This document shows positions 24,767 through 37,574 of a stretch of 64,000 nt of DNA, in pieces. The notes under the pieces were generated by a model, which was not told the origin of the DNA, did not search any database, and saw only the letters and a program-made list of their open reading frames with translations. The position numbers and the translations under genes were made by a program. The stretch's first letter is position 1. Every line of letters starts with the position of its first letter. The stretch is from positions 16,417,929-16,481,928 of the forward strand of contig NC_057719.1 of assembly GCF_004010195.1 (NCBI RefSeq), read 5' to 3'. Source of the DNA: Chiloscyllium plagiosum. Its lineage: Eukaryota.

Positions 24767-27330
24767 ATGAGAGCCATAGAGATGTACAGCATGGAAATAG
24801 ACCCTTAGGTCCAACTCGTCCATGCCGAACAGATATCCCAACCCAATCTAGTTCCACCTGACAGCACCTGGCCCATCTCCCTCCAAACCTTTCCTATTCA
24901 TATACCCATTCAGATGCCTTTTAAATGTTGCAATTGTACTAGCCTCCGCCATTTCCTCTGGCAGCTCATTCCATACACGTACCACCCTCTGCATGAAAAG
25001 GTTGCCCCTTAGGTCCCTTTTATATCTTTCCCCTCTCACCCTAAACCTATGCCCTCTAGTTCTGGACTCCCCCATCCATACCCCTCATTATTTCATAAAC
25101 ATCTATAAGGTCACCCCTCAGCCGATTCAACCTCTCCCTACAGCTCAAACCCTCCAACCCTGGCAACATCCTTGTAAATCTTTTCTGAACCCTTTCACGT
25201 TTCACAACATCTTTCTGATAGGAAGGAGACCAGAATTGCATGCAATATTCCAACAGTGGCCTAACCAATATCTTGTACAGCCGCAACATGGCCTCCCAAC
25301 TCCTGCACTCAATACTCTGACCAATAAAGGAAAGCATACCAAACGCCTTCTTCACTATCCTATCTACCTGCGGCTCCACTTTCAAGGACCTATGAACCTG
25401 CACTCCAAGGTCTCTTTGTTCAGCAATACTCCCTAAGATCTTATCGTTAAGTATAGGTGTCCTGCTAAGATTTGCTTTTCCAAAATGCAGCACCTCGCAT
25501 TTATCTCAATTAAACTCCATCTGCCACTCCTCAGCCCACTGGCCCATCTGATCAAGATCCCATTGTACTCTGAGGTAACCTTCTTCGCTGTCCACTACAC
25601 CTCCAAGTTTGGTGTCATCTGTGAACTTACTAACTATACTCCTTCTGCTCACTTCCAAATCATTTATATAAATGATGAAAAGTAGTGGATCCAGCACTGA
25701 TCCTTGTGGCACTCCACTGGTCACAGGCCTCCATTTACCAAAGCTATCTCATGTCCCCTTTTTGCCCTCCTGATTTACCTCAAGTATACTCCTACCACCT
25801 TTATAATCTTCTAAGGATTCACTCGATCTATCTTGTCTATACCTGGTATATGCTTCCTTCTTTTTCTTAACCAAACCCTCAATTTCTTTAGTCATCCAGC
25901 ATTCCCTACACCTACCAACCTTTCCTTTCACCCTACCAGGAAGATGCTTTCTCTAGACTCTCATTATCTCATTTCTGTAGGCTTCCCATTTTCCAGCCGT
26001 CCCTTTACCTGTGAACATCTGCCCCCAATCTGTTTTTGAAAGTTCTTCCTAATACTGTCAAAGTTAGCCTTCCTCTAATTTAGAACTTCAACGTTTAGAT
26101 CTAGTCTATTCTTTCCCAATACTATTTTAAAACTAATAGAATCACGGTCGCTGGCCCCAAAGTCCTCCCCCACTGACTCCTCAGTCACCTGCCCTGTTTG
26201 ATTTCCCAACAGTTAGGTCAAGCTTTGCACCTTCTCTAGTAGGTACATCCACATATTGAATCAGAAAATGTTCCTGTACACACTTAAATTCCTCTCCATC
26301 TAAAACCATTGCACTATGGCAGCCCTTGTCTATGTTTGGAAAGTTAAAATCCCTTACCATAACCACCCTATTATTCTTACAGATAACTGAAAGCTTCTTA
26401 CAAATTTGTTTCTCAATTTCCCTTTGACTATTAGGGGATCTATAATACAATCCCAATAAGGTCATCATCCCTTTCTTATTTCTCAGTTCCACCCAAATAA
26501 CTTCCCTGGATGTACTTCCGGGAATATCCTCCCTCAGCACAGCTGTAATGCTATCCCTTATCAAAAACACCACTCCCCCTCCTCTCTTGCCCCCCTGTCT
26601 GTCCTCCTTGTAGCATTTGTATCCTGGAGCATTAAGCTGTCAGTTCTGTCCATCCCTGAGCCATGTTTCTGAAATTGCTATGATATCCCAGTCCCATGTT
26701 CCTAACCATGCCCTGAGTTCATCTGCCTTCACTGTTGGTCCTCTTGCACTGAAATTAATGGAGTTTAATTTATCAGTTCCCACCTTGCTCTCTGTTTTGT
26801 CCCTGCCTGCCCTGACTCACTTCTTTCCTCAACTGTACCAGTCTCAGGTTGATCTATTTCCTCACTAGCTCCCTGGGCCCCAACCCTCTCACCTTCATAG
26901 TTTAAATCCTTCTGAGCAGCTCCAGCAAGTTTCCCCGCCAGTATATTACTCCCCTTCCAATTCAGATGCAATCCGTCTTTCCTGTACAGGTCACTTCTAC
27001 TCCAGAAGAGAATCCAATGATTCAAAAATGTGAATCCTTCTCCCATACACCAGCTCCTCAGCCATGCATTCATCTGCTCTATCCTCCTATTCCTACCCTC
27101 ACTAGATCACAGCACCAGGAGTAATCCAAATATTACTACTCGAAGACTTCCTTTTTAAACTCCTGCCTGATTTTCTACATTCTCCCTTCGGAATCTCATC
27201 CTTTCCCCTTCCGATGTCATTGGTTACAATGTGTACAATGACTTCCTGCTGGTCCCTCTCCCCCTTGAGAACATTCTGCACCCTCTCAAGACATATCCTT
27301 GATCCTGGCACCAGGGAGGCAACACGCCAT
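24767..27330 (-). mobile_element. CR1 LINE, internally deleted (ORF1 esterase, endonuclease, RT and 3' UTR remnants)
   Basis: ORF1 SGNH-like NAWLRSWC...DLYRKDGLHLNWKG (26765..27073). APE endonuclease EVIWVELRNKKG...LGLYYR...DFNFPNID (26181..26573). RT GVPQGSVL...INDL...KFTDDTK (25506..25724). Confidence 0.9.
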
Positions 27331-27559
27331 TCCTACCCTTCTAGTTTCAGATTCACCTACAATTACAGATTGAACATTCAACACTTAAAAACAAACTCAG
27401 AAACAAATACATTAAGTACTGAAGAACCTTGACAAATCTGGCAGTAAATGTGAAGAGACAAACACAGAGTTGACTTTTAAGTCCACAATGACTCTTCTTC
27501 AGAACTGAAGTTCTATGTGCGTTCCAGTTTCCTAGCATCCACAGTATTTTGTTTTTATT

Positions 27560-27995
27560 TGAAGGTTTGAGTTATTAAGAAAGGCTGGATAGACTGGGAT
27601 TTCTTTCACTGGAGTGTAGGAGGTTGATCTTATCGAAGTTTGTAAATGAGAGGTATAGATAGAGTTAAATGGTAGTTATCTTTTCCCCAGGATGGGGATT
27701 TCAAGACTTGGGAGCACATTTTTTGAGGTGAGAGGAGAGTGATATATCAAAAAGGCAAATTTTTTACACAGAGGGTGATTCTCATGTGGAATGAACTTCC
27801 TGAGAAAATGGTGGATGCGGGTACAATTACAATGTTTAAAAAGACATCTGGATGGATACATGAATTGGAACACTTTAGAGGGATCTGAGCCAGGAGCAGG
27901 CAGGTGGGACTAGTTTAACTTGGGATTTATGTTCGGCATGGACTGGTTGGACCAAAGGATCTTGTTTCCATGCTGTACGACTCCATGACACTCTG
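27560..27995 (+). mobile_element. CR1 LINE 3' end
   Basis: CR1 3' consensus ending gtttccatgctgtacgactccatgac. Confidence 0.75.
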
Positions 27996-28959
27996 ACTCA
28001 AAACTCTATTCTCACCATAGCACCGAATGTGGATCACAGGATTTGCAATGCCATATAAATGCTCTTGACCTCGCTCTTCAACACTGTCAAGTCACCATCT
28101 TATAGGTGTGCTGCTCTACATTTTCACCTTCTTGAATATTATTTCACTGCCACTCAGTGAACATTCTGGAACACCCTCTTTAACAGAACCTGACCGACTG
28201 TACCTACATCACATGGTCTGCCTGCAGTAGCTCAAAAAGATAGTTCATCACCACTTTCTTCAGGGCAAATAGGAATGGGCAATAAATACTGGCCATGTCA
28301 GTGACACCTATATGCCATGACAAAAAATTTTCAAAACAAGTCTGGACAAAGGCAAAATCAGAATATGAGCTCTTCTATTAAACGAACAATCTTTCTCCAT
28401 ACAGACATCCCTTTGCTGGAAATGACAAATTTCTTCATTTTGACTGCAACAGTTTTGTTTTTGAACACTAATCATGTACTTTAAAAAAATTCAATCAAAT
28501 TCAGTGGGATTAAGCAGGAGGATTGAAATGCAAACTGTCAGTTTACTGTTAATGATTTCAGCAATGATCATCTGTTGACTGCTGATATGTTTATACTCAT
28601 TAGGTAAATCAAGCATTACAAAATTAATCATGCTGTATGTCAGAATTACAATAGAGCAAATAGTCACTGCCGTAAATGCCAGACAAGGAGAGCACCGGGA
28701 TGTTACAAAGTGGCAAAATTCCCTTGCTGGGATTTAAATGCAGCATGATTCCAGTGTGGGACCAAAATTATTGCAGATGCTAGAATCTGTACTCAAAACA
28801 AAAGATGCTAGAAATTGCAACAGGTCAGGCAGCATCTGTGAAGAGAGAGCAAACTAACATTTAAAATCTAGATGACTCTTCATCAGAGCTGAATGAAGAA
28901 TCATCTAGACTTGAAACATTAGCTTGCTCTCTCTGTACAGATGCTGCCTGACCTCTCAC

Positions 28960-29521
28960 CTTAAAAATACACCTCTGGGACACCTGCACCAACCAACCCA
29001 ACAGCCCTGTGGCTGAACACTTTAATTCCCCCTCCCACTCTGCCAAGGACATGCAGGTCCTTGGCCTCCTCCATCGCCAGACCATGGCAACACGACGCCT
29101 GGAGGAAGAGCGATTCATCTTCCGCCTAGGAACCCTCCAACCACAAGGGATGAATACAGATTTCTCCAGCTTCCTCATTTTCCCTCCCCCCACCTTTTCT
29201 CAGTCCCAACCCTCAGACTCAGCATCGCCTTCTTGACCTGCAATCTTCTTCCCAACCTCTCCGCCCCCACTCCCTCTCCAGCCTATCACCCTCACCTTAA
29301 CCTCCTTCCACCTATCGCATTCCCAATGCCCCCCCCCCTCAAGTCCCTCCTCCCTACCTTTTATCTTAGCCTGCTTGGCACACCCTCCTCATTCCTGAAG
29401 AAGGGCTTATGCCCGAAACATTGATTCTCCTTCTCCTTTGATGCTGCCTGACCTGCTGCGCTTTTCCAGCAACACATTTTTAAGCTCTGATCCCCAGCAT
29501 CTGCAGTCCTCACTTTCTCCT
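28960..29521 (+). mobile_element. Penelope-like element 3' fragment (GIY-YIG C-terminus plus terminal repeat)
   Basis: ORF 29009..29236 AEHFNSPSHSAKDMQVLGL...RRLEEERFIFRLGTLQPQGMN. Hammerhead motif at 29391-29426. Family terminus ctcactttctcct. Confidence 0.88.
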
Positions 29522-29524
29522 AGG

Positions 29525-31290
29525 AGTATTTCATCACACTGGCTATGCCTTGTAAACTTTGGGATTCAGAAGAGGAGTTACTTTCTGCAGCACTCCTAAC
29601 CTCAGACCTGCTCTTGTATCATAGTATTTATATGATTGGTCTAGTTCAGTTTCTGGTTAATAGGAACAAGATGTCAGTGGGAAAATACAGTGAAATTAAT
29701 GACACTGCCTGTCAAAGGACAATAGTCAGATTCACATTGTTGGAGGTGGTCAATGACAGGCACTTGTGTTGTACGAGTGTTACTTGCCAGTTGTTAGCCC
29801 AAACATGGATGTTGCCCAGGTCTTGTTGCAGTTGGCCTAGATTGCATCAATGTCTGAGGTAAGGTGAATGGCGCTGAACTTATTCAAACAACAAACATTT
29901 CCAGTTCTGTCCTTACGATTCAGGGAAGGCCATTGACAAAGCAGTTGAAGGACAGAACCCTGAGCAATGCCTGCTGAGATGTCCCGCAGCAAAGATGACT
30001 CACCTCCAACCACAGCCACCTTCTCTTCTGAGAGATATGATTCCAACCAACAGAGAATTTTCCATCTGTTTCCTATTAATTCCAAATGTGTTGGAGGTCT
30101 TTGATGTCACATTTGGTCAAATGCAGCTTTGGTGACTAGAGCAGTTATTCTCACCTCAATTACGTAATTTAGCTCTTCGGTCTATGTTTGAATGAAGGTT
30201 GCAATTAGGTCAGGAGCTACGTAGCTCTGGTGGAACCCAAACTGCATCAATGAGCAGCTTATTGCTAAGGAAGTGCTGCTTCATAACAGTGCACAAGACT
30301 CCTATGACTTCACCAACGATCGACAGTAGATTGATGGGGCAGTGACTGGACAGGTTGGATTTGCCCAGCGTTCTGTGTACATGACACAACTAGGTCATTC
30401 CCCACATCATCAGGTAAAGTCAAACATTATAGCTGTACGTGCAGCTTGGCTAGAAAGATGGAAGTTGTGAAGCAGAAGTCTTCAGTACTGTTGCAGGAAT
30501 GCTTCAAGACCCAAAACATTTAAAGCATCCACTGCCTTCAGCCATTTCTTTATATCACATGGGGGAGTGACTCAGATTTGGTAACAAAAATCATCTGTGA
30601 CATCTAGCACCTCTGGAGGTGCTTCTCAAAACTCGCTAAGACCTCTGGAGGAGGCCAAAATGGATCATCCACTTGGCATATCAGACTAGAGATTGTTACA
30701 AAAACTCGGACTTGATTTCTGCACTCAAATGTTGCCTCTTCCATCACTGGGGATAGCAATATTCGACGAGACCTTTCTTCCAGCGAGTTGTTTAATTGTC
30801 TATTACCAATTGTGATGAGATCTGGTGGTACTGCAGAGTTTAGATCTGATCCACTGGCTGTGGATTCTTTTAGCTCTATGTATTAGGTGCTGCTTGGCAT
30901 CCAAGTCATCCTGTGTTGTCACTTCATCAGGTCAAGATCTCATTTTTAAGTACACCTGGTGCTGACAAAGGTCTGTCTTTGACCTCCTGGTTTAATAATC
31001 ATGGTACAGTGAGAAATATGTTGGGTCATGAGATTGGAGATTGAATACAACTCTGCTGCTACTGATGGACTGCAGCACTTCATGGACCCCAAGTTTTGAC
31101 TTGCTAGATGTGTTGGAAATCTATCCTATTTAGCATGATGACAATGCCACAACATCATAGAAGGAATATTCAATGTGAAGATGTCTTTGTCTTTACAGTG
31201 ATCATGTGAAGGCCACTCCCACAAATAGATGCATCTGTGGCTGCAGCTTGGTGAGGAACTGGTTAATTTTTTTCCCCCCTCTTAGTTCCT
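29525..31290 (-). mobile_element. Old CR1/L2-clade LINE, degenerate
   Basis: ORF 29837..30085 WLESYLSEEKVAVVGGESS...ISAGIAQGSVL is an RT remnant. Confidence 0.6.
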
Positions 31291-31299
31291 TCCTGAAAG

Positions 31300-32095
31300 G
31301 TGGCAGATAGAATTTAATTTAAATAAATGTGAGGTGCTGCATTTTGGAAAGGCAAATCAGGGCAAGACTTATATACATAAATGGTAAGGTCAAGGGGACA
31401 TTGCTGAACAAAGAGACCTTGGAATGCAAGTTCATAGTTCCTTAAAAGTAGAGTTGCAGGTAGATAGGATAGTGAAGGCGGCATTTGGTTTGCTTTCTTT
31501 AATTGGACAGAGCATTGAGAAGAGGAGTTGGGAGGTCATGTTGCGGCTGTACAGGACATTGGTTAGGCCACTTTTGGAATATTGCCTGCAATCCTGGTCT
31601 CCCTATTGGAAGGATGTTGTGAAACTTTAATGTTGCCAGGGTTAGAGGATTTGAGCTATAGGGAGAGGCTGAATAGGTTGGGGCTATTTTCCCTGCAGCA
31701 TCGGAGGCTGAGGGGTGACCTTATATAGGTTTATAAAGTCATGAGGGACATGGATAAGATAAATATCCAAGGTCTCTTCTCTGGGGTGGGAGAGTCCAGA
31801 ACTAGAGGACATAGGTTTAAGGTGAGAGGGGAAAAAAATTTAAAAAGGGACCTAAGGGGCAACTTTTTCATGCAGAGGGTGGTGTGTATGGAATGAGCTG
31901 CCAGAGGAGGTGGTGGAGGCTGGTACAATAACAACATTTAAAAGACATCTGGATGGATATATAAATAGGACAGTTTACAGAGATATAGGCTGAGTCCTCA
32001 CAAATGGAATAGATTAGATTAGGATATCTGGTCAGCATGGACGAGTTGGACCGAAGAGTCTGTTTCCATGCTGTACATCTTTACCATTCTATGAC
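31300..32095 (+). mobile_element. CR1 LINE 3' portion
   Basis: ORF 31424..31630 LYRTLVRPLLEYCLQSWSP plus CR1 3' UTR. Confidence 0.88.
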
Positions 32096-32364
32096 TTCAG
32101 AAAAGTTCTAGCAGCTATGCCATTTAGGACTGGGCCAGTTTTTTTTTAATTCTCATGAGATGTGGGCATAGCTGACAAGGCTCTTGTCAACTGTCAATCC
32201 CCAACTGTCCTTGAACTAACTGTCTTGCATAGCCATCTTAGATGGGAGTTAAGAGACAGTCACATTTGTGGGGAGAAAGTGAGGTCTGCAGATGCTGGAG
32301 ATCAAAGCTGAAACTTTATTGCTGGAACAGCACAGCAGGTCAGGCAGCATCCAGGGAACAGGAG

Positions 32365-32400
32365 ATTCGACGTTTCGGGCACAGGCCCTTCTTCAGAAAT
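32365..32400 (-). ncRNA. Minimal hammerhead ribozyme motif (PLE type)
   Basis: AUUU-CUGAAGA-A-GGGC-CUGU-GCCC-GAAA-CG-UC-GAAU. Core intact, GUC cleavage triplet, helix I AUUU/GAAU, helix II GGGC/GCCC. Confidence 0.72.
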
Positions 32401-32699
32401 GAGCAGAGAGTGTTCAGCAGGAGAAGATAAAAGGTAGGGAGGAGGGACTTGGAGGAGGGGCGTTGGAAATGTGATAGGTGGAAAGAGGTCAAGGTGAGGG
32501 TGATAGGTCGGAGTAGGATGGAGGCGGAGAGGTCAAGAAGGGGGAGGGAGGAGTCCGAGACTGTTGACCTCTCCGCCTCCATCCTACTCCGACCTATCAC
32601 CCTCACCTTGACCTCTTTCCACCTATCACATTTCCAACGCCCCTCCTCCAAGTCCCTCCTCCCTACCTTTTATCTTCTCCTGCTGAACACTCTCTGCTC

Positions 32700-32735
32700 A
32701 TTCCTGAAGAAGGGCCTGTGCCCGAAACGTTGAAT
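32700..32735 (+). ncRNA. Minimal hammerhead ribozyme motif (PLE type)
   Basis: AUUC-CUGAAGA-A-GGGC-CUGU-GCCC-GAAA-CG-UU-GAAU, with a GUU triplet. Confidence 0.65.
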
Positions 32736-34334
32736 CTCCTGTTCCCTGGATGCTGCCTGACCTGCTGTGCTGTTCCAGCAATAAAGTCACATTTGTGGGT
32801 CTGGAGTCACACATTGGCCAAAATGGACAAGGATGGCAGAGTTTATTTCCCTCAAAAGACATTAGTGAACCAGATGGGTATATAAGCAGGAATGCAGGAG
32901 CAAAAGTGATGAAGCAGAAAACCACAAAACCACACAATGCATATCCTAAAGTGACTCTAGTCTCAATATATCATTTCACAATCTATACAGTGTTACCTGT
33001 AGCCCTCCAATTAAGACTTTCTCCCATTAGCCAAATAACCTGCAGGGTAACTGCTTCAAGTGAAAACAGAGATTACAAAGTTTGACCCTCAGTGGCAATT
33101 CTCAGGCAAACTGCACTTCTTTTCAACTTCAACTTGCGTTTGGCAGAGCACACAATCTACCACAAACCATCGCAATCAGGCAGTGTTTTAACAACAATGT
33201 TTTTCTTCACTTTTGCATTTAAAACTATTCCTAATTATGCTTGGAAGTGGTAATCCAGCACAATGTCATCAATATAAATGAAAATAGAATGTTTTCAAAA
33301 ACAGTATGCATGTTTAATTCAGATATCCTGTGAGCAACTCGACAAGTACAATTGAAAATTACTTTTAAAACATACACAAACTAATTTTTCAATTACATTC
33401 AAGTACCATAGTCACTAGGTGTAAATCCAATAAAATCAAATGTTTTAACATTGCTTTTTAAAGACCTTGCACAAAATAAAAGCTTAATTTTTCCAGCCTC
33501 CTCCAACATAGGGAAGTAAACATAATTATCATTTTGAGTTTCTGCTTATTAAGTCGATGTGGTGAGCCAGATTGAGAGACCAGGGCAAAGTTTAATATGT
33601 TTATACTAGTGCACTGAACAAAAATTGTGTTTTGCACTGAATTTAGTTTGTGTAACCTTTTTCATCAGTTTGACTGATTTCAGATGAATGGAAATATAGA
33701 AACTAGAAAGAGTCAGCCACTTAATCCTTCAAATCTGTTCTGCCATTCAATGGTTAATCCTCTATCTCAATGCCACATAGCCATTTTGTCTCCATATCCT
33801 TAAACATGTGTCAATCTACTTCTTGAATACATTCAGTGACTTGCATCTTTTGAGGCAGACAATTGCACAGGTCTACTACCATTTGAGTGAATTTTCTTCC
33901 CCCACCCGCCCCCCAATATCCTCCCTCCATCTAGTCTGTGCAACTGTGTTTGAAATGTATAAGGTTTATCAGCGCCCCTTTCATTCTTCTCAACACTAGA
34001 GAACATACGCCAAGTCAAACCTCTCTCTCCTCTCTCTACATCCTGCCATCCCCCAGCATCAACCTCAGGAACCCACACTGCACACCCTCTTCCAGGTGTG
34101 GTCCAATTGAAGCTCTGCAAGGCTACTTCTGCTTCCAGTTCTTATCTTATGATTTCCTTTGGACACCCAGCCAATATGTCAAAAAACATGGATCCAAAAT
34201 CACACAATTCCTCGTAGCAAAATTTCTCTACACCACTCTCAAAGTCATAGAGAGAGAGTTGCACTGCACGGAAACAGACCCTTCGATTCAACTCATCCAT
34301 GCGGACCAGAAATCCTAAATTATTCTAGTCCTGA

Positions 34335-34456
34335 TTTGGAGATGCCGGTGTTGGAGTGGACTTTACAAATTTTAAAATTGCACAACACCAGGTTCTAGTC
34401 CAACAGGTTTCTTTGGAAGCATTAGCTTTCAGCGTGCTCATCCTTCATCAGATGGT
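34335..34456 (-). mobile_element. Second short Penelope-type terminal family with hammerhead-like motif
   Basis: Homologous to about 42378-42500. Minus strand CAU-CUGAUGA-A-[decayed helix II]-GAAA-GC-UA-AUG at 34420-34454. Confidence 0.6.
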
Positions 34457-35049
34457 AGACAACTAAAGCACAACCTCTCTACTCTTGCACTCAATTCCCC
34501 TCGCAATAAAATATAACATTGTGAGCTTTTCTGCTTACTTACAGTTTCTGCATACTAATCTTTTGCACTAGGATATCCAGATCGCTATGCATCTCAGTGT
34601 TCTGCAACCTCCCACCATTTAGGTTTTTTTAATTCTCTCTGCCAAAATGGACAGTTTCACACTTTCCCACATTATACTCCATTTGCCAGATCTTTGCCCA
34701 CTCACTTAACCCAAGTGGATCCTCTTCATGTAACTGAAGTTTCTCATCCCGAGAACCATTCTCTTAAAACTCTGTACACTCTAATGCTTTTACATTCTTT
34801 GCAAAATGTGAAGCTCAGAACAGGATTCAATACTCCCATTAAGAGCGGTGTTTTATACAAGATCATGTCACACTCCTCTCCATTCAAATATCTAAATTTT
34901 CATCAATGTTTTACCTATTAATGTCTCAAGCTTAAATCAGTCATTTGCCTGCCCGTTCTACCAATTTATCCTCATCCTTCTAAAGATCTATACCATTCCC
35001 TTCTCAGTTCACAATACTTCTAAGTTTTATCTACAAATTTGAAAAATGC

Positions 35050-36470
35050 CCTTGTACACCAAAGACTAGTATTAAACAAACTAATAGGGTTAAAGGCAGA
35101 TAAGTCACTGGCCCTGATGGCTTGCACCTGAGGACCCTAAAAGGGGCAACTACAAAGATAGTGGAAGCATTGGTTACTATTTTCCAAATTGTTTGGATTC
35201 TGAAGAAGTACTGGTGGATTTGAAAATTGTGAATTTTATACTCCTATTCAAATAAGGAGGGAGGCCAAAAGCAGGTAACTACAGGCCACTTACCCTGCCA
35301 TCTATTGGCACAAAAGTACTGGAGTCAATTATTAAGGAATTAATAGCAACACATTTGGAAAATCATAAACTAATCAAATAAAGGCATTACTTTGATGGCT
35401 TGATGGAAGGGAAATCATATTTGGCAAATTTGATTAGAGTCTTTCAACAAAATCTCAACCTGAATTGATAGATCTGTTGCATTGGGACTTCCAGAAGATG
35501 TTCGACAAGGTAGCTCTCAAAATGTTGTCGTAAGAGCCCATGGTGCTGAAAGTAATATTTTGATGTGGATAGAGAACTGGCTAATGGGAAGGAAACAGCA
35601 AGTGGGGATCACGGGTTCTTTTTCTGGTCAGCAACCTGTAACCACTAGGATTTCACAGGGATCTGTGCTGAGACTGCAACCATTTACACTATACATTAAT
35701 GACTTAAAGAAAGGAAACAAACGTAGCAAAAGTTGCAGATTACAAAAATAGGTGGAAAGGGGAATATAAACAATTTACAGAGATATTGATAGGTTAAGTA
35801 AGTGGGCAAAATGTTGGCAAATGGAATATTGTGGATAATGTGAAGATGTTTATTTTAGAAGGGAGAACAAAAGAACAGAGCATTACTTTTATTGAGTAAA
35901 GTTGCAACACAAAGGGACTCGGGGTGCTCGTGCATTAAACATAGAAAGTGAGCACACAGGTGCAACAGGTCATCAGGAAGGCTAATGGAATGTTGGTCCT
36001 TAATTCAAGGGGGTTGGAGGATAAGAAGCAAAGTCTTACTGCAACTGTTTAAGGGGCAGGTGAGACCACATCTGGGGTACTCTAAGCAGTTTTGTCCCCT
36101 TATTTAAAGAAAGATATAATTGCACTGGAGGCAATTCAGAAAAGGTTCACTTGGGTGATCCCTGGTGTAGACTTTTGGCACCCCTTATTTTTCTGGCTGA
36201 GATGAAGACAAATTGCTTTTCTCAGAGGACTGTGGGTCTTTGTACCTCCTTGCCATACATTGCTGTGGGGGTAGAGTTCTTGTGTAGAGTATATTTAAGG
36301 CTGTGATAGATGAATTCTCGATCAGTAGGGGAAATAAGAGTTACAGAGAAAAGGCAGGAAAGTGGACATTAAAGTCAAAATGTTGGATAAGACATGATTC
36401 TACTGAATAGTGGAGCAGGCTCAATTGGGTTGACCAACCTACCCCTGTTCCTATGTCTTATGGTCTAGGT
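35050..36470 (+). mobile_element. Old CR1 LINE (RT region to 3' UTR)
   Basis: ORF 35482..35751 WIENWLMGRKQQVGITGSFSG...ISQGSVL...YINDL. Confidence 0.8.
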
Positions 36471-36789
36471 TATTGTATATTTTGCAAGAGAAGTGATCAA
36501 AACACAAACTACTGGAGAAATTCTACTGTAAACACTCCTGTTTCTAAAAAAAAACACATTAATCACTATTCTCTGTTGGTTTTCACTTTTGTCTCCAAGT
36601 TGTTACCATCTCTTATTTCATAAACTCTAGCGTCGCTCAAGAATGTGATGTGGCATCCAAACTAAATTTCTTTTGGAACATCATGTCACATCAACAGCAT
36701 TACCCTCATCAATTCTCTGTATTACCTCATTAAAAAAAAATCGCCAAATTAGTCAAACACAATTTTTCCTGAAGTAATCCACGCTCATT

Positions 36790-37570
36790 TATAGAGTCAT
36801 AGAATCATAGAGATGTACAGCACGGAAACAGACCCTTCGGTCCAACTCATCCATGCTGAACAGATATCCCAACCCAATCTGCCAGCACCCAGTCCATATC
36901 CCTCTAAACCATTCCTATTCGTATACCCATCCAGATGCTTAAATGTTGCAATTGTGCCAGCATCCATCACTTCCTCTGGCAGCTCATTCCACACACTTAC
37001 CACCCTCTTTGTAAAACGTTGCCCCTTTAGGTCTCTTCTGTATCTTTCCCCTCTCACCCTAAACCTATGCACCTATGCCCTCTACTTCTGCACTCCCCGA
37101 CCCTAGAAAAAATAACTTGTCTATTTACCCTATCCATGTCCCTCATGATTTTATAAATCTCGGGTCACCCCACAGCCTCCGATGCTCCATGGAAAACAGC
37201 CTCAGCCTATTCAACCTCTCCCTACATCTCAAACCCTCCAACCCTGGCAACATCCTTGTAAAGTTTTTCTGAACCCTTTCAAGTTTCACAACATCCTAAT
37301 AGGAAAGAGACCAAATATGCATGCAATATTCCAAAAGTGGCCTAACCAATGTCCTGTACAGCCACATGACCTCCCAACTCCTATACTCAGTACTCTGACC
37401 AATGAAGGAAAGCATACCACACGCTTTTTTCACTATCCTATCAACCTATTACTCCACTTTCAAGAACTATGAACCTGCACTCCAAGATCTCTTTGATCTT
37501 GGACCTTACCATTAAGCGTATAAGTCCTGCTAAGATTTGCTTTTCCAAAATGCAGCACCTCACATTTATC
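36790..37570 (-). mobile_element. CR1 LINE 3' portion
   Basis: ORF 36797..37072 HRFRVRGERY...RVVSVWNELPEEV, with (tagag/tagaa) tail repeats. Confidence 0.85.
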
Positions 37571-37574
37571 CTTC

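Larger units (their letters stand above)
32273..32784. mobile_element. Fold-back Penelope-end insertion (224-bp inverted arms)
   Basis: Arms 32313-32536 and 32564-32787 with 2 mismatches seen. 15-bp TSD agtcacatttgtggg (32258-32272, 32785-32799). Confidence 0.92.

Noticed and set aside
32340..32733. Two near-identical ORFs on opposite strands (MEEGRWKCDRWKEV...)
   Set aside because: A by-product of the 224-bp inverted repeat, not genes.
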